Below are positions 26,710-36,568 of a stretch of 46,738 nucleotides of DNA, piece by piece (positions within the stretch are counted from its first letter, which is position 1; each line of letters starts with the position of its first letter). A model generated the notes under the pieces. It had not been told where the DNA came from. It made no database searches and saw only the letters and a list, made by a program, of their open reading frames with translations. The position numbers and the translations under genes are program-made. The DNA is from Candidatus Dadabacteria bacterium (GTDB lineage: Bacteria; Desulfobacterota_D; UBA1144; Nemesobacterales; UBA2774): the NCBI GenBank assembly GCA_004356555.1, contig SMWY01000056.1, forward strand, positions 1 through 46,738, read 5' to 3'.

Positions 26710-29700
26710 GTGAGCAAAATTAAAAAGTTCTCAATCTGGTTATCGGTATCTCTGGGGATTATTGTAATTCTCATAGCCGGCGCCTTTTTTGTCGCTTCTA
26801 AATTAATACAGAAAGATTCGATGAAAGAGAAGATTCACGCTATTATCTCAAAGAAGGTGGGGGGTGAAGTTAAATATGAGAGTATGAATCTTTACCTTTT
26901 TCACTGGCCGCATTTTGTTGTTAAGAATGGCGAGATCTCCATACCTGACAAGCTTAACGGAAGTTTTGATACTCTAGTTATTTATCCAAAAATACTTCCA
27001 CTTCTATTAGGTAATTTTGAATTATCTACATTAATACTTTATAGACCTGATATTACAATTAATTTGCCTGACAAGATTTTTGAGCCTAAAGAAGAAGATA
27101 AAGGGGCCTTTTCTTTTGATGAACATAAAGAACAGTTCATAAATATTCTAAAGCATCTAAACTCTCATGAAAAAGGTCTTGATGCACGAATTGAATACGG
27201 CAAAATAAAGTTAACTAGGTCTGGAGAAAACCTACTTAACTTTAATAATATAAATGCAGTTATATCTTTCCCTGGCAACGTACTGAGCTACAGAATTAAC
27301 AGCAATTCCAATATAAGCGAAAGAATATTCTTTAAGGGGTGGATTAATACAAAATCTTTTGATACAAAAGGCAACATTAACCTCGATGGGTTTAAACCTC
27401 ATATGCTTCTGGAATATCTTTTCCCAAATAATGATTTAATCTCAGAATCCAAGATAGACATGGATTTAAGTTATAAATCAAAGGAATTAAAAGTTCTTCA
27501 GGGTGATCTTGTTATCACTAATTCAAAGATAACTCTAAGTAAGGGAGATGAAGAGTTTGAGATTAGCGCAAAGGAAATAGATGCAGATATATATCTAGAT
27601 GAAAATAAGACAGTCCTCACTTTAAATAATGCTGAGTTTACGTATCCGGATATAAAGGCAAGCGGTGAGCATAGAATTGATAGAAATCTTAATAAGATTA
27701 ATTTAAATCTCAAAGGGAACGATATAAATGTCGAGTCATCCCGTGATGCGGCTCTCTTTATAGCCGGAGAAGATCGTATTGTCGATCTTATTTTTAATAT
27801 AGTAAGGGGCGGGACTATTACTGAGATCAGCCTTGAAGCTAGCGGAGAAAATTTTAAAGATCTATGGAAAAGAGGGAACTTTGAAATTAAAGGAAGTATG
27901 ACTGACGGAAAGGTATTTGTTCCTATAGGTGATTTTGATTTAGTAGATGTATCCGGGGATGCGGTCATAGCTGACGGCAAACTTGAGGGAACAAATCTCA
28001 AAGCAAAATTAGGCAACTCTCTAGGTTATGACGGTACCTTTGTGATTGGTATAGAGGGTCCAATAGGTCCTTTGTATTTGGATATTACAGTTGATTCGGA
28101 TGCTGCCGAGATTCCTTCAATATTGAAAAAGTTTATTGATGATGAGGGGCTTTTATATGAGCTTCAACTTATTAGCAATTTAAAGGGCAAAGCAACTGGT
28201 CAGTTAAAAATCGGAGACAATAAAAAGTCGCCTCAAACTAGTGTCTATGTTTCGGAGTTAAATATAACAGGTGATTACAAAAGGGCGCCTGAACCTGTGC
28301 ATATTCAAGGCAACAAGTTTGATTTCTCGGATAAATCGATAGAATTTGAGGGACTGGATATTGATATCGGCAAATTTTCTTCCCCTCACACTACGGGATC
28401 ATTCCATTGGAAAGAGGACAAATTCCTAAATCTTAGCTTAAAAGATACAGAGGTTGACTTAAGCATAATATTTCCTTTGCTTTCCTCGTTTGAAATTATA
28501 AGACCGCATTTAAGACATATTGAATCTATGTCGGGGTCGGCCTTTTTCTCTACAATTGATTTTACGGGTCCGGTATCTCAGTCCCGCGAGTGGGAAATAA
28601 GTGCCCTTGGCAATATTAATAGCATCAATTTGAATTTAGACGGGTTTGGAAGTGAGATGATCATTTCAAAGGCAGAAATTAAATCCTCCTCTCAAGATAT
28701 GACATTGTCTGATGCAAGTGTTGAAATCAAGGAGAGTGTAATGAGTGTCGGGGTGGTATTAAATGATTATTTTAAAGATAGTTTGAGATTTCGTATGGAT
28801 TTTTATGGTGATATGCTTCCTGACGCGGCAAAACTTTTTTCAGATTACTTTAGTGTCCCTGAGCAGATAAATTTTAATAGCCCAATTTCAATCACCGATT
28901 CCAACCTGATAGTAAAAAAAAAGGTCGATGCATTATCCAAGGCTCCTGATGCTCAAAGAGATTCTAATATTTCTGGTACAAGTAAAGAAATAGAATTGAT
29001 TATGAATATTAGTGCTGAATCCTTTGAATGGGTAGATGTTGATGAAAATGAGGATCTAGAAACTATTGAAGTGACAGATCTGAGCAAGGATAGTCAACAA
29101 AAAAATGATGGAAGTACGTTTAGCGGAAAGATTAATGTGAAATCGGATAATTTTAGCTTTAAGGGTTTTGACTGGGATACCTTAAATGCCAAAGTTTCAA
29201 TACTGGAAGGGGTGGTCGATATAGATGTTAACGAGGCGAGTCTATGCGGTATTTCAACTCCTGGTCTAATTGAGCTCTCTTCCTCATTGTTAAAGCTAGA
29301 GTTTAAACCTTTCACAGAAGAAGAGGATTTAGCTAACGCAATTAAATGCTTATTCGATACAGCCGGTATTATCACTGGAGAATTTAACTTTGATGGTAAT
29401 ATAAGTTCTGATGGGGACATTGTGAATGTTATGAATTCTCTTGAGGGAGAGTTGAAGCTAACATCAACTAAAGGAAGGGTTACCAAATATGGAGGACTGG
29501 CAAGATTTTTCTCGGCGCTTAATTTTGGTGAGATTTTTAGGGGAAACAGCATTGATTATGAAGATGAGGGTTTTCCCTATAGCTTTATAACTGTGACCGC
29601 GGAGATAAATGACGGCCAGTTAATCATTAAGGAAGCCGCTATGGATGGCCCTTCACTTAAAATTGTATGTGAAGGATCTATAGACTTGGTAAATCAAAAA

Positions 29701-29994
29701 CTCGACCTTAAGATCTTAATAATTCCAGTCATGGCGGTGGATTCCGTGATAGAAAAGATACCATTGCTTAAAACTGTTTTAGGTAAAGATTTCGTTTCTA
29801 TACCTATTAAGGTAACAGGGGATATCTCAGACCCTAAAATAGAAGAACTGTCTCCTCATACAATAGGAGCCGGATTATTAGGAATTATTAAACAGACTTT
29901 AAATATCCCCGTAACTCTAGTTAAACCTCTTGACTCCGGCAAGAAAAAAGAAAAGGCTGAGTCCGAATCATCTGAGGAGCCCTCTGGGGATTAA
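26710..29994 (+). CDS. Large AsmA/YhdP-like envelope protein (N-terminal anchor, long beta-rich body)
   Basis: 1094 aa with a single N-terminal TM (FSIWLSVSLGIIVILIAGAFFVA). The C-terminal block LDLKILIIPVMAVDSVIEKIPLLKTVLGKDFVSIPIKVTGDISDPKI resembles AsmA-like C-terminal regions. Acidic/serine-rich tail. GTG start. Confidence 0.72.
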   Translation: MSKIKKFSIWLSVSLGIIVILIAGAFFVASKLIQKDSMKEKIHAIISKKVGGEVKYESMNLYLFHWPHFVVKNGEISIPDKLNGSFDTLVIYPKILPLLLGNFELSTLILYRPDITINLPDKIFEPKEEDKGAFSFDEHKEQFINILKHLNSHEKGLDARIEYGKIKLTRSGENLLNFNNINAVISFPGNVLSYRINSNSNISERIFFKGWINTKSFDTKGNINLDGFKPHMLLEYLFPNNDLISESKIDMDLSYKSKELKVLQGDLVITNSKITLSKGDEEFEISAKEIDADIYLDENKTVLTLNNAEFTYPDIKASGEHRIDRNLNKINLNLKGNDINVESSRDAALFIAGEDRIVDLIFNIVRGGTITEISLEASGENFKDLWKRGNFEIKGSMTDGKVFVPIGDFDLVDVSGDAVIADGKLEGTNLKAKLGNSLGYDGTFVIGIEGPIGPLYLDITVDSDAAEIPSILKKFIDDEGLLYELQLISNLKGKATGQLKIGDNKKSPQTSVYVSELNITGDYKRAPEPVHIQGNKFDFSDKSIEFEGLDIDIGKFSSPHTTGSFHWKEDKFLNLSLKDTEVDLSIIFPLLSSFEIIRPHLRHIESMSGSAFFSTIDFTGPVSQSREWEISALGNINSINLNLDGFGSEMIISKAEIKSSSQDMTLSDASVEIKESVMSVGVVLNDYFKDSLRFRMDFYGDMLPDAAKLFSDYFSVPEQINFNSPISITDSNLIVKKKVDALSKAPDAQRDSNISGTSKEIELIMNISAESFEWVDVDENEDLETIEVTDLSKDSQQKNDGSTFSGKINVKSDNFSFKGFDWDTLNAKVSILEGVVDIDVNEASLCGISTPGLIELSSSLLKLEFKPFTEEEDLANAIKCLFDTAGIITGEFNFDGNISSDGDIVNVMNSLEGELKLTSTKGRVTKYGGLARFFSALNFGEIFRGNSIDYEDEGFPYSFITVTAEINDGQLIIKEAAMDGPSLKIVCEGSIDLVNQKLDLKILIIPVMAVDSVIEKIPLLKTVLGKDFVSIPIKVTGDISDPKIEELSPHTIGAGLLGIIKQTLNIPVTLVKPLDSGKKKEKAESESSEEPSGD

Positions 29995-30197
29995 ATATAC
30001 ATTCTATTAATCCTGCTATTACTTCTGTCTTAGAAGGTCCCTGATTTCTGCTACGAGCTGTTCCTCTTTTGGCGGTTGTGGAGGTATTTCTGGGGCCGCT
30101 TCTTCTCTCTTTAGATTGCTCCAGAGAAATCATTGGGGCATACAGATATGTAAATCAAGTATTTTTATGATATATATAACAAGAAATTCCCAGGCAA

Positions 30198-30878
30198 ATG
30201 ACAGTCCATTTACTAGATGATACTTTAGTATTTCCGCATCCGATGTGTGCGGAGCCTAACGGTCTACTTGCAGTTGGCGGCGATCTTAGTGTGGACAGAT
30301 TGCTTTTAGCTTACAAAAATGGCATTTTCCCATGGTACTCAGAAGGTGATCCAATAATGTGGTTCTCTCCGAATCCTAGACTGGTTTTATTCCTGGATGA
30401 TTTATATGTTTCAAGCAAATTAAAAAAAATCATTCGATCAAATATCTTTGAGGTCAGATTCGATACTTCATTTCACTATGTTCTTACACGATGCGCTCAG
30501 AATGATCGGAGGGGGCAGGATGGAACATGGATTACGGATGATATGGTCAAAGCTTATGTCAATTTGCATGAAGAAGGGTATGCGCACTCAGTTGAAACAT
30601 TTCACGGCGGGAAGTTAGTAGGAGGGTTGTACGGGGTTTCTCTGGGAGGTGTCTTTTTCGGAGAGTCCATGTTTTTTGAAATGAACAACGCCTCAAAGGT
30701 TGCATTGTATCATCTTGTGGAGAAACTACGTTCATGGGATTTTGACTTTATTGACTCTCAAGTACCAAACGACCATATGAAAGGCTTGGGAGGTAGGGAA
30801 TTAGAGAGGGAGGAGTTTCTCAGGATGCTAGAAAGTTCATTAGGAAAGAAAACCATATTGGGTAACTGGGGTCTTTAA
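30198..30878 (+). CDS. aat: Leucyl/phenylalanyl-tRNA--protein transferase
   Basis: GIFPWYSEGDPIMWFSPNPR, AHSVETFHGGKLVGGLYGVSLGGVFFGESMF, FIDSQ. Confidence 0.93.
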   Translation: MTVHLLDDTLVFPHPMCAEPNGLLAVGGDLSVDRLLLAYKNGIFPWYSEGDPIMWFSPNPRLVLFLDDLYVSSKLKKIIRSNIFEVRFDTSFHYVLTRCAQNDRRGQDGTWITDDMVKAYVNLHEEGYAHSVETFHGGKLVGGLYGVSLGGVFFGESMFFEMNNASKVALYHLVEKLRSWDFDFIDSQVPNDHMKGLGGRELEREEFLRMLESSLGKKTILGNWGL

Positions 30879-30909
30879 TTTTAGAATAATAAAGTCAGAT
30901 TGATCTAAA

Positions 30910-30937
30910 TTGAAAAATAAGTACAGACTGGTATAAT
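30910..30937 (+). promoter_or_regulatory. Near-consensus sigma70 promoter with extended -10
   Basis: TTGAAA (30910-30915), 16-nt spacer ending in TGg, then TATAAT (30932-30937). It lies about 112 nt upstream of ATG 31050. Confidence 0.45.
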
Positions 30938-31049
30938 CACAGCTTCGTTTAAGTTGGATGATTGATAGCGCAGTGCTTTACGCCTTTTTAATCACATCCT
31001 ATTTTATCCATTAAATGTAATCAGAAATTATAATGAAAGGAGACTTCTT

Positions 31050-31508
31050 ATGAGTGAATGGACATTTACAAATTATGGACATCCTGATATAAAGCCTGAT
31101 AACGGTAAAAGGGCTATCTTTATAGGCAGGTATCAACCTTATCACATTGGACATGTGAGTTTGATAAAACAGAAATTGGACAATGGTGTTCCATGCTTAA
31201 TTATGGTTAGAGATATACCGCCGGATGACAAAAACCCATTTACAACTGAGCAGACAGTTGACATGATTAAGAAATATCATGAGAGCAAAGGTGATGATGT
31301 TGTGGTAATGATAATTCCTGATATTGAGTCCGTTAATTGGGGAAGAGGTGTCGGTTATGAAATGAATGAGTTCTCCCCGCCTGAAAATATTGGTTGGGTT
31401 TCCGCTACTAAGATCAGAGCTTCAGTTACTGAAGGTAACGATGAATGGAGAGAATTAGTGGATGAATCAATCCAGGCAGATGTCGTTAGATATCTTAAGG
31501 GAGAGTAA
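31050..31508 (+). CDS. Small cytidylyl/adenylyltransferase-superfamily nucleotidyltransferase (NMNAT-like)
   Basis: GRYQPYHIGH (HxGH motif) near the N-terminus and VSATKIR (ISxTxxR-type motif) near the C-terminus. RBS aaaggag. Confidence 0.75.
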   Translation: MSEWTFTNYGHPDIKPDNGKRAIFIGRYQPYHIGHVSLIKQKLDNGVPCLIMVRDIPPDDKNPFTTEQTVDMIKKYHESKGDDVVVMIIPDIESVNWGRGVGYEMNEFSPPENIGWVSATKIRASVTEGNDEWRELVDESIQADVVRYLKGE

Positions 31509-31563
31509 TTAACTCTCTTTTTCCCTTCTTTTCTTATTCCTAAAGAAAATTCAGATTATTAAT

Positions 31564-31596
31564 AGGGACGGTCTTTGGAAGCCGTCTCTAATTTTC
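31564..31596 (+). terminator. Candidate rho-independent terminator
   Basis: agggacgg (31564-31571) pairs with ccgtctct (31582-31589) with one mismatch, followed by aattttcattt. Confidence 0.45.
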
Positions 31597-31680
31597 ATTT
31601 GATATATCCTCTTTTTTAACTTGTTGATTTCAGATAAACTTTCTTAAAATATATTGTTCCTCAAAAGGAATGGATAAATT

Positions 31681-31995
31681 ATGGGAGAAGGAGAAAAGAA
31701 ATTTAAAAGCTTTTCTGAATTTTATCCGTATTATCTTTCAGAACATGGGAATCCTGTAAACCGGAGGCTCCATTTCTTTGGATCCTTATTAACAATAATA
31801 GTAGTTTTATTCGTAATTATTACCCAAACATGGATAGCTCTTATCCTAGTGCCTATACTGGGTTACGGATTTGCCTGGATAGGACATTATTTTGTAGAAA
31901 AGAACAAGCCTGCAACATTTACTTACCCATTGTACAGTTTAATGGGTGACTGGGTCATGTTTAAAGATATACTTACCGGGAAAATAAAACTTTAG
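31681..31995 (+). CDS. DUF962 (Mpo1-like) membrane protein
   Basis: FSEFYPYYLSEHGNPVNRRLHFFG...GYGFAWIGHYFVEKNKPATFTYPLYSLMGDWVMF matches the family pattern as I recall it. Confidence 0.85.
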   Translation: MGEGEKKFKSFSEFYPYYLSEHGNPVNRRLHFFGSLLTIIVVLFVIITQTWIALILVPILGYGFAWIGHYFVEKNKPATFTYPLYSLMGDWVMFKDILTGKIKL

Positions 31996-32081
31996 TATTA
32001 TTCTATTAACTGTAATAACAAGGTAAAATCTACTCTCTCTTTATTTAAACTCATAATATGAAATAGGGGTGCATCAAGACA

Positions 32082-32828
32082 ATGCCGAGGTTGTTAGTTC
32101 TTCAACATGTTGCACATGAAATTTTAGGTACTCTGGATCCGCTATTAAGGGATGCCGGATTCAGGATCAAATATGTTAATTTCGAACGTCATCCGGATGC
32201 CGAGCCTGAATTAGAGGGTTATGATGGGTTGATTGTTTTGGGTGGGCCTATGAATGTTGATGAAGTTGATAAGTACCCTAATTTGCAGACTGAAATGAAT
32301 CTTATCAAAAGGGCGGTAGAAAAAGAGTTCCCAATCCTAGCTATATGTCTTGGATCACAACTATTGGCAAAAGCCCTTGGAGCTAAGGTTAGAAAAAATC
32401 CTGAAAAGGAAATAGGATGGTATGACCTTTCTCCTACAGAAGAGGGAAAAAACGATCCTCTGATCTCAAATTTTAAGCATGTAGAAAGAATCTTTCAGTG
32501 GCATGGCTACACATTTGAGCTGCCTGAAGGAGCTACTCTCCTTGCTTTTTCTCCTCTTTGTAAAAACCAAGCGTTTAGATATGGAGAGTATGTATATGGT
32601 TTCCAGTTTCATCTTGAAGTTGATACGCCTATGATAGAGCGTTGGCTCCGAGTGCCTGAAAACAAGAAAGAGATCGAGGATTTAAACGGTAAGATTGATT
32701 CGGAGCAAATTAGAGTCGAGACCCCGGATTTTATTAGTCGCCTTAACGAACTCAGCAACTCGGTATTCGGCAATTTTATAGAGTTGTTCGGCTATAATAA
32801 GAAGCGAAAAACTTTACCTTCAAGATAG
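32082..32828 (+). CDS. Class-I glutamine amidotransferase (GMP-synthase-like GATase domain protein)
   Basis: Nucleophile elbow AICLGSQLLAKALG and the QFHLE His-Glu region. Confidence 0.88.
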   Translation: MPRLLVLQHVAHEILGTLDPLLRDAGFRIKYVNFERHPDAEPELEGYDGLIVLGGPMNVDEVDKYPNLQTEMNLIKRAVEKEFPILAICLGSQLLAKALGAKVRKNPEKEIGWYDLSPTEEGKNDPLISNFKHVERIFQWHGYTFELPEGATLLAFSPLCKNQAFRYGEYVYGFQFHLEVDTPMIERWLRVPENKKEIEDLNGKIDSEQIRVETPDFISRLNELSNSVFGNFIELFGYNKKRKTLPSR

Positions 32829-32841
32829 TGACCAATAATTT

Positions 32842-35274
32842 CTAATCTGACCCAGTTCTTTTTTTATTATTGGTATTTTGCCTTCCGAATTTGCGGTAAT
32901 CCTCTGCGAACTCTCTAAGCTTTTTGTCTACCAGGTAGTTGACAGTACCTGTTTTGAATTTCCCGGTAGATCCTCTGCTGCCAGCTTCTTTTCCGGTTAG
33001 TAACTCAATCACCTGATTGACAGATTCCGCGGGGTAGATATGAAATTTTTTATCCTTAATAGCTTGAACAACTTCTTTTTTTAACATCAGGTTTTTAACG
33101 TTTTGATATGGAATTATAACTCCCTGCTCTCCGGTAATCCCCTTTGCCTTGCACACTTCAAAAAATCCTTCAACTTTTTCATTTACTCCACCAATTGGCT
33201 GAATTTGTCCTTTTTGATTTACCGAGCCAGTAATTGCAAAGCTCTGCTTTATAGGTATTCCCGATAAGCTCGATAAAAGAACTACTAATTCAGCAGTTGA
33301 CGCGCTGTCACCATCAATTATTTCGTAACTTTGCTCAAATCCTATGCTTGCGGATAGGCTTAGAGGTTTTTTCTGGGCATATTTAGTTCCTAAATAACCA
33401 CTTAGAATTAACACTCCCTTATCATGAATGTTCCCGCTTAGCCTCGCTCTCCTATCTATGTTTATTACGCCCTCAGTGCCCATGTATGTTTCACATGTTA
33501 TCCGGGAAGGTCTTCCAAATGCATGGTCCCCACTGTTATAAACTGCCAGCCCGTTTATTTGCCCTACCACCATTCCCTCTGTATCTACGAGAATAGTCCC
33601 CTTAGCTATCATTTCCTGAATTTTCTGTTCGATCATGTTTGATCTATATATCTTTTCCTCTATAGCTTTTTCTACATAATGTCTCGTTATAGATTTACTG
33701 TTGTTGTCGACCTTGGCCCAGTAATCCGCCTCTTTTAAAATTTTAGTAATTGACCCAAACTGAACAGATAGTTTGTTTTGATCCCCTGAAAGCCTTGATG
33801 AATATTCAATTACGGTTTCCACACCGCTTCTATCAAATTTATTAATACCATCCCTGTCACAAACAGATTTTATAAAGCAGGAGTATTGTGACAATGTCAT
33901 ATCATTTCTTTCTACCACGTAATCAAAATCAGCCTTTACTTTAAATAATTTCCTGAAATCTTCATCGTATGTATAAAGCATGTGATATAGGTGTGAGTTG
34001 CCCGCTATTATTACCTTAACGTCTAATTTTACAGGCCCAGGTTTGATCCCGACCGTGCCTGAGAACCCGTATTGCTGGTATAAGTCCTCTATCCTTAATT
34101 CTTCATTTTCAAGGGCTTTCTTTAGTGAGTCCCATACGAAAGGGTATTGAAATAAATCAAGTGCATCTAGAACAAGATAGCCTCCGTTTGCCTTTGCGAG
34201 CGAGCCCGCGCGTATCATCGTGAAATCTGTTACCAGTGCTCCGAACCTGGCTTCTTTCTCAATGGAACCGAATAAATTAGTATAGGTGGGATGTGTCTCA
34301 TAAATTACAGGTGCCCCCTTGGTATTTGAGTTGTCTGTGAAGACATTCACTTTGTATTCTGTGAATGTCGGTTCTTGCTGCGGCATTCTAAAAGGCATTT
34401 GAGCTCCCGCCGGTGCTCCTTTAGCAGGGAGAAAGTTGTCTATATTTCCCAAAATATGTTTTTGAATCTGATCAAAATAGTCAATAACTTGTGGGTATGC
34501 CTTATATTTTTCTCTTATGTTTTCAATTAGATCTCGTACTGAAAACAGCGCAACTTTTTTCTCAAGTTCTTTAACTTTTTCTCCGGCTTCTTTCTCAAGT
34601 TTTCGAGCGATCTTTAAGGATTCGGCAACTTCAATATCGATCTTCTCTTTTTTCGCTTTTATTTTCTCTCTTGTTTTCTCATCTAAAGAGTTATAATTTT
34701 CTTGGGATATTGCTTTACCCTCAACAAGAGGGATTGTAATTATGCCGGTTGGCGAGAACTGCACCTGCATCTCACTATCAGCAGCCTTTTTTTGCAGTTC
34801 CTCAAAGAGATTATTTTTTTCTCTCTGAAATTCGTTCATCATGTTTTGTTTTTGCTCTTCAAACTCCTTACTCTCAAAGGCTCTTGGGATATCCATCTTG
34901 AAATCCTGGAGGAAATCTTCCATAACACTTCTAAATTCTTTTCCCTTACCTTTTGGAAGCTCAATCACATTTGGCTCATTTGGGTCTTGAAAGTTGAAAA
35001 CATAGCACCAGTCTGGTGGGGATGGTTTATCCTTGGCTACTGATGAAAGAATAGTTTTAATGGTTGTAGTCTTTCCTACTCCAGGAGGGCCCGAAAGATA
35101 TAAATTGTATCCCTTGAACTCCATTCCCAAACCAAAATTAATTGCCTCAACCGCTCTTTTTTGTCCTATATAATCTTTGCAGGGAGTTAAATCTTCTGTT
35201 GTTTTGAATTTAAGAGAGCGCAAATCACAAATTCTGTAAACCTGAGTGTGTTTTAGTTCCTTAACTTTTCTCAT
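32842..35274 (-). CDS. Lon-like (LonB/LonC-type, COG1067-like) protease with coiled-coil insertion in the AAA+ module
   Basis: Walker A GPPGVGKTT. Charged helical insertion of about 130 aa (EFEEQKQNMMNEFQREKNN...KVKELEKK). GGYLVLDALDL at the Walker-B position. C-terminal S16 domain with IDGDSASTAELVVLLSSL and GSVNQKGQIQPIGGVNEKVEG. Confidence 0.88.
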   Translation of the reverse strand: MRKVKELKHTQVYRICDLRSLKFKTTEDLTPCKDYIGQKRAVEAINFGLGMEFKGYNLYLSGPPGVGKTTTIKTILSSVAKDKPSPPDWCYVFNFQDPNEPNVIELPKGKGKEFRSVMEDFLQDFKMDIPRAFESKEFEEQKQNMMNEFQREKNNLFEELQKKAADSEMQVQFSPTGIITIPLVEGKAISQENYNSLDEKTREKIKAKKEKIDIEVAESLKIARKLEKEAGEKVKELEKKVALFSVRDLIENIREKYKAYPQVIDYFDQIQKHILGNIDNFLPAKGAPAGAQMPFRMPQQEPTFTEYKVNVFTDNSNTKGAPVIYETHPTYTNLFGSIEKEARFGALVTDFTMIRAGSLAKANGGYLVLDALDLFQYPFVWDSLKKALENEELRIEDLYQQYGFSGTVGIKPGPVKLDVKVIIAGNSHLYHMLYTYDEDFRKLFKVKADFDYVVERNDMTLSQYSCFIKSVCDRDGINKFDRSGVETVIEYSSRLSGDQNKLSVQFGSITKILKEADYWAKVDNNSKSITRHYVEKAIEEKIYRSNMIEQKIQEMIAKGTILVDTEGMVVGQINGLAVYNSGDHAFGRPSRITCETYMGTEGVINIDRRARLSGNIHDKGVLILSGYLGTKYAQKKPLSLSASIGFEQSYEIIDGDSASTAELVVLLSSLSGIPIKQSFAITGSVNQKGQIQPIGGVNEKVEGFFEVCKAKGITGEQGVIIPYQNVKNLMLKKEVVQAIKDKKFHIYPAESVNQVIELLTGKEAGSRGSTGKFKTGTVNYLVDKKLREFAEDYRKFGRQNTNNKKRTGSD

Positions 35275-35375
35275 TAATTTTCCTCCCCATCGTGATATCT
35301 TAAATTAGTGCAGACTAAGTAGATAAAATACTACCATTTTGTAAATTGCTATCAAAATAATACAAACAATCCGAA

Positions 35376-35405
35376 TTGAAATTGGCTATAGTTATGATGT
35401 AAAAT
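35376..35405 (+). promoter_or_regulatory. Candidate sigma70 promoter for the ADH gene
   Basis: TTGAAA (35376-35381), 18-nt spacer, TAAAAT (35400-35405), about 38 nt upstream of ATG 35443. Confidence 0.35.
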
Positions 35406-35442
35406 ATTCCCTACAAATAAATATGTTTATTAGGAGATAAAT

Positions 35443-36498
35443 ATGAGAGCTACTGTTTACTATGGATTAAAAGATGTAAGGGTTGAAGAAGTTCCGGATC
35501 CTGTGATTGAGAATCCTACAGATGTCATTGTAAAAGTCACAAAGGGTGCAATATGCGGCTCGGATCTCCATATTTATAGAGGCCACTTTCCACTAAATGA
35601 AGGTGATACTGTGGGACACGAATTTGTAGGCCGTATTGAAGAAGTCGGAAGCGAAGTTACTAAGCTCAAAAAGGGTGATAAAGTGATCGGTCCGTTTTGG
35701 GTAAGCTGCGGAGATTGTTATTACTGCCAAAAGGGTCTTTACACTTCCTGCATGCATGGCGGGTGTTTTGGTTTTGGAGACCTGCTCGGAGGGCAACCAG
35801 GCTGTCAGGCAGAATACATAAAGGTTGCACATGCGGAGGGCACTTTAGTAAAGCCTCCTGAAAGTCTTTCAGATGATAGCCAAGATGAGAAGACTCTTTT
35901 TCTGGGTGATAATATCTGTACAGGCTATCATGGGGCTCAGAATGGGAATATAGAGCCTGGGGATGTAGTCGTAATCTATGGAGATGGGGCTGTAGGATTG
36001 TTTGCTACTTATGCGGCCACACTCTTTGATCCCGCGCATGTAATAACAATTGGTCATCATGATTATCGGCTCGATATAGCTAAGAAATACGGAGCTACAA
36101 CAGTAATAAATTCAAAGAACGAAGATCCGAATGATATTGTCAAGAATTTAAGTGATGGACACGGGGCTAACGTTGTAATCGAGTGCGTGGGTAATACTGA
36201 CTCTTTACAATCATCTCTGGATATGTCTCGCCCTGGGGGCACTATATCAATAACGGGGCTCTTCTGGGAACCATTTCCGCTTAACATGACAGACTTTTTC
36301 CTGAGGAATCTCAATTTAAAAGGCGGAGTAACACCTTCCAGGAAATATATTCCAAAGCTTATGTCACATGTTGAAGAGGGGAAATTAGACCCTACGCATG
36401 TTATTTCTCATAGACTTCCATTAGATGAGTGCCCAAGGGGTTATGAATTAATGGATCAGAGAATTGATAACGCCATAAAGGTTGTTCTTGAAACTTAA
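35443..36498 (+). CDS. Zinc-dependent medium-chain alcohol dehydrogenase family protein
   Basis: GHEFVGRIEEVGSEV zinc-ADH signature, structural-zinc cysteines CGDCYYCQKGLYTSC, Rossmann motif IYGDGAVGL. RBS taggag. Confidence 0.9.
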   Translation: MRATVYYGLKDVRVEEVPDPVIENPTDVIVKVTKGAICGSDLHIYRGHFPLNEGDTVGHEFVGRIEEVGSEVTKLKKGDKVIGPFWVSCGDCYYCQKGLYTSCMHGGCFGFGDLLGGQPGCQAEYIKVAHAEGTLVKPPESLSDDSQDEKTLFLGDNICTGYHGAQNGNIEPGDVVVIYGDGAVGLFATYAATLFDPAHVITIGHHDYRLDIAKKYGATTVINSKNEDPNDIVKNLSDGHGANVVIECVGNTDSLQSSLDMSRPGGTISITGLFWEPFPLNMTDFFLRNLNLKGGVTPSRKYIPKLMSHVEEGKLDPTHVISHRLPLDECPRGYELMDQRIDNAIKVVLET

Positions 36499-36525
36499 TT
36501 TAGAAAATACCAGAATATCATATCA

Positions 36526-36568
36526 GGACTCAGGCAAGGCTTGTTTTGTCTTTCTGGGTCCTTTTTTA
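36526..36568 (+). terminator. Rho-independent terminator after the ADH gene
   Basis: ggactcag (36526-36533) pairs with ctgggtcc (36554-36561) with one mismatch, followed directly by TTTTTT. Confidence 0.65.

Noticed and set aside
28914-28922. A9 homopolymer inside the asmA-like CDS (encodes KKK) as a possible slipped-strand phase-variation site
   Set aside because: Poly-A runs encoding Lys are common in AT-rich genomes. The reading frame is intact and there is no sign of an alternative frame.
30966-30975. TAGCGCAGTG, reminiscent of a tRNA D-arm
   Set aside because: There is no acceptor stem, anticodon arm or GTTCRAATC-type T-loop nearby, so it is not a tRNA. I saw no T-loop-like motifs in any of the larger intergenic gaps.
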